Shown piece after piece: positions 32,392 through 34,364 of a DNA stretch of 34,364 nucleotides. The stretch covers positions 43,172,535 to 43,206,898 of the forward strand of contig NC_068989.1 of NCBI RefSeq assembly GCF_001194135.2, written 5' to 3'. Source of the stretch: Octopus bimaculoides. Its lineage: Eukaryota. A program made the position numbers and the translations under genes. Position 1 is the stretch's first letter. Each line of letters begins with the position of its first letter. The notes below the pieces were generated by a model, which saw nothing but the letters and a program-made list of their open reading frames with translations, searched no databases and was not told the origin of the DNA.

Positions 32392-32592
32392 AGACGACAA
32401 GCTGGCACAATCGTTAACACGTCGGGCAAAATGCTTAGCAGCATTTCGTCCATCATTACGCTCTGAGTTCAGATTCCGCCGAGAGCCACTTTGCCTTTAA
32501 TCCTTCCGGAATCAATAGAATAAGTACCAGTTGGGGTTCGATGCAATCGACTTACCCGCGAACTTGCTAGCCTTGTTCCAAAATTTTAAACC
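32392..32592 (+). mobile_element. SINE (Nin-like family)
   Basis: gggcaaaatgcttagc...ctctgagttcagattccgccgag...ctttgcctttaatcc...aataagtaccag. Confidence 0.85.
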
Positions 32593-32661
32593 AAAAACAA
32601 TAATAGTATTACTGGCAATAGAGGTGATATAATAACAGTAATAGCGATAACTCTTTCTACT

Positions 32662-32810
32662 ATAGGCATGAAATTTTGGAGGAGGAGGTAAGTTGATGTA
32701 ATCGACCCCAGTATTCAAGTGCTATTATTTTATCGACCCTGAAAGGATGAAAGGCAAACTCGAACTCGGCAGAATTTGAACTCAATTTGTAAATACAGAC
32801 GAAATTCTGT
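32662..32810 (-). mobile_element. SINE (Nin-like family), partial
   Basis: gtaatcgaccccagta...ttatcgaccctgaaaggatgaaaggcaaa...gaatttgaactc. Confidence 0.85.
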
Positions 32811-32831
32811 TAATATTAATAATAATAATAA

Positions 32832-33032
32832 TGAGTTCAAATTTTAGCACAAGGCCAGCGTTTGTGGAGGGAGAGACTAAGTCGATTACATAGACCTCAG
32901 TACTTAACTGATACTTAGTTTATCGACCTCGAAAGAATGAAAAGCAAAGTCAATCTTGGCGGCATTAGAACTCAAAAAGTAAAGACGGACGAAATACCCG
33001 GCGTGCTAACTATTCTGCCAGTTCACCGCCTT
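32832..33032 (-). mobile_element. SINE (Nin-like family)
   Basis: Body plus head ending gcgtgctaactattctgccagttcaccgcc. Confidence 0.85.
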
Positions 33033-33034
33033 AA

Positions 33035-33036
<2 letters not shown>

Positions 33037-33102
<66 letters not shown>
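33037..33102. repeat. (AAT)n microsatellite
   Basis: Read directly from the sequence. Confidence 0.98.
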
Positions 33103-33676
33103 TGATGGGAAGTGTTATCATGTACATTGTTTTGTCTTGGTATAAAAGATGGGCTACAGCAAATATTCTACTCAACACNNNNNNNNNNNNNNNNNNNNNN
33201 NNNNNNNNNNNNNNNNNNNNNNNNNNNNNNNNNNNNNNNNNNNNNNNNNNNNNNNNNNNNNNNNNNNNNNNNNNNNNNNNNNNNNNNNNNNNNNNNNNNN
33301 NNNNNNNNNNNNNNNNATCTCTGATCATGAGCAAAAGTAGTGGGGGAGCATCATAGCCATGTGTTGAGAGGAATTTTGGGGGGTTTGAATAATTGACCTT
33401 TGGAAACATGGATGTTTTGCTCAACATCCTTAAACAAACCTTATTTAGGGACTTTTTGAGCGGGATGGGCTACTCGACCTGAAGAAAATTCTAACTGGGC
33501 CCCACCTGCAAGGTCATGCGCGGTTTATTTTGATATGAGATCACCATGTCGCGTACATATGGTTGTGATGCATATGCCTGGTGTACCCTTATCAGACGGG
33601 TAGTCATGATGGGTATAATGGGCTTCGTATATTTTACCCCAGTGTCACTTTGATGGCATGCACTGCTCTCTCACTC
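33103..33676. mobile_element. Unclassified GC-richer insertion flanked by (AAT)n on both sides
   Basis: Sharp composition change bounded by (AAT)n at 33037-33102 and 33677-33700; contains a gap; no meaningful ORF. Confidence 0.4.
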
Positions 33677-34195
33677 AATAATAATAATGATGATAATAAA
33701 TCGTGAAGATGACTATGATAATAATATAGTTAACAAAGGTTGTTACTATTATAAAAAATGTTTGCAATAGTGTCAATAATAGTAGAAATAGTTGTAGAGT
33801 CTTACATTTGAGGTGGCGAATATTTAGTGAGTGAACATTACAATACATAATACAATTTATTTCTGTACAGTGTAAAACACTGATTTCCTTTATGCTTCCA
33901 GAAATACATGTTATAGCTGCTATAGTAATGAACTCCAAATGTTGGAAAAAAGATAAAGAAAGCTTCAAATATTTCCATTCAAGATTTCTGTCGAACATCG
34001 GAAAGTTGTATGTTAGTCTATAGTTCCTACTTATTTATTCATTCCCTTCAAGCGAAAGAAAATGAAAAGAAAGAACGAGAAAGAAAGACAAATTTCATTC
34101 AGGTTTTTATCTTTTTTGTGGTCATTTACTTTTGTGTCACACCCCATCTCCCAGTCTAATCATACATACACACACACACACACACATACATATAT

Positions 34196-34320
34196 ACGAC
34201 GGGCTTCTTTTACTTTCTGTCTACCAAATTCACTCACAAGGCTATAGTTGAAGACACTTGCCCAAGGCGCCATACTATGTAGTTGGGAAGCGAGCTTCTT
34301 ATCACACTACCACACCTGTA
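34196..34320 (-). mobile_element. SINE 5' half with internal deletions
   Basis: acgacgggcttcttt...ctaccaaattcactcacaaggct...gaagacacttgcccaagg matches 29879-29968. Confidence 0.85.

Positions 34321-34364
<44 letters not shown>

Noticed and set aside
33478-33500. CUGAAGA in the AAT-flanked insert
   Set aside because: No stem II or GAAA downstream.
13298-34011. Other AG/GT-bounded open segments: 13056-13114, 13298-13366, 14839-14913, 18133-18174, 26654-26689, 33902-34011 (+) and ~8200-8262 (-)
   Set aside because: Such short open segments arise often by chance in AT-rich DNA, and concatenation gives no recognisable protein.

Overview
AT-rich animal genomic DNA from a gapped short-read assembly: about ten N-runs, most abutting (TA)n tracts. 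The SINE families and the (TA)n/(CA)n/(TACA)n load look like Octopus (coleoid cephalopod); this is recognition from memory, not a database hit. I cannot identify any intact protein-coding gene. The long ORFs in the supplied track are mostly N-gap or microsatellite artefacts. The window is mainly transposon debris: about 20 tRNA-derived SINE copies or fragments, two REL-endonuclease (R4/Dong/NeSL-like) LINE 3' ends, an RTE LINE 3' end, a Ty3/Gypsy pol remnant, a Penelope GIY-YIG endonuclease remnant, a Helentron-type non-autonomous element, a possible Tc1 relic and several fold-back elements. The most striking unexplained structure is a set of about nine type I hammerhead-ribozyme-like motifs from several unrelated repeat families. 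One (29288-29346, minus strand) keeps the full catalytic-core consensus and an extended stem I. Others sit next to the Penelope endonuclease or on both arms of a perfect hairpin. Several share unusual features: an A at position 11.1, a palindromic stem III, or C at position 4. Hammerheads in Penelope-like elements and retrozymes are known in general; whether these variants are described or active needs testing. Secondary observations include a pre-miRNA-like hairpin, a speculative three-exon minus-strand unit with an in-frame UGA, and several local duplications.
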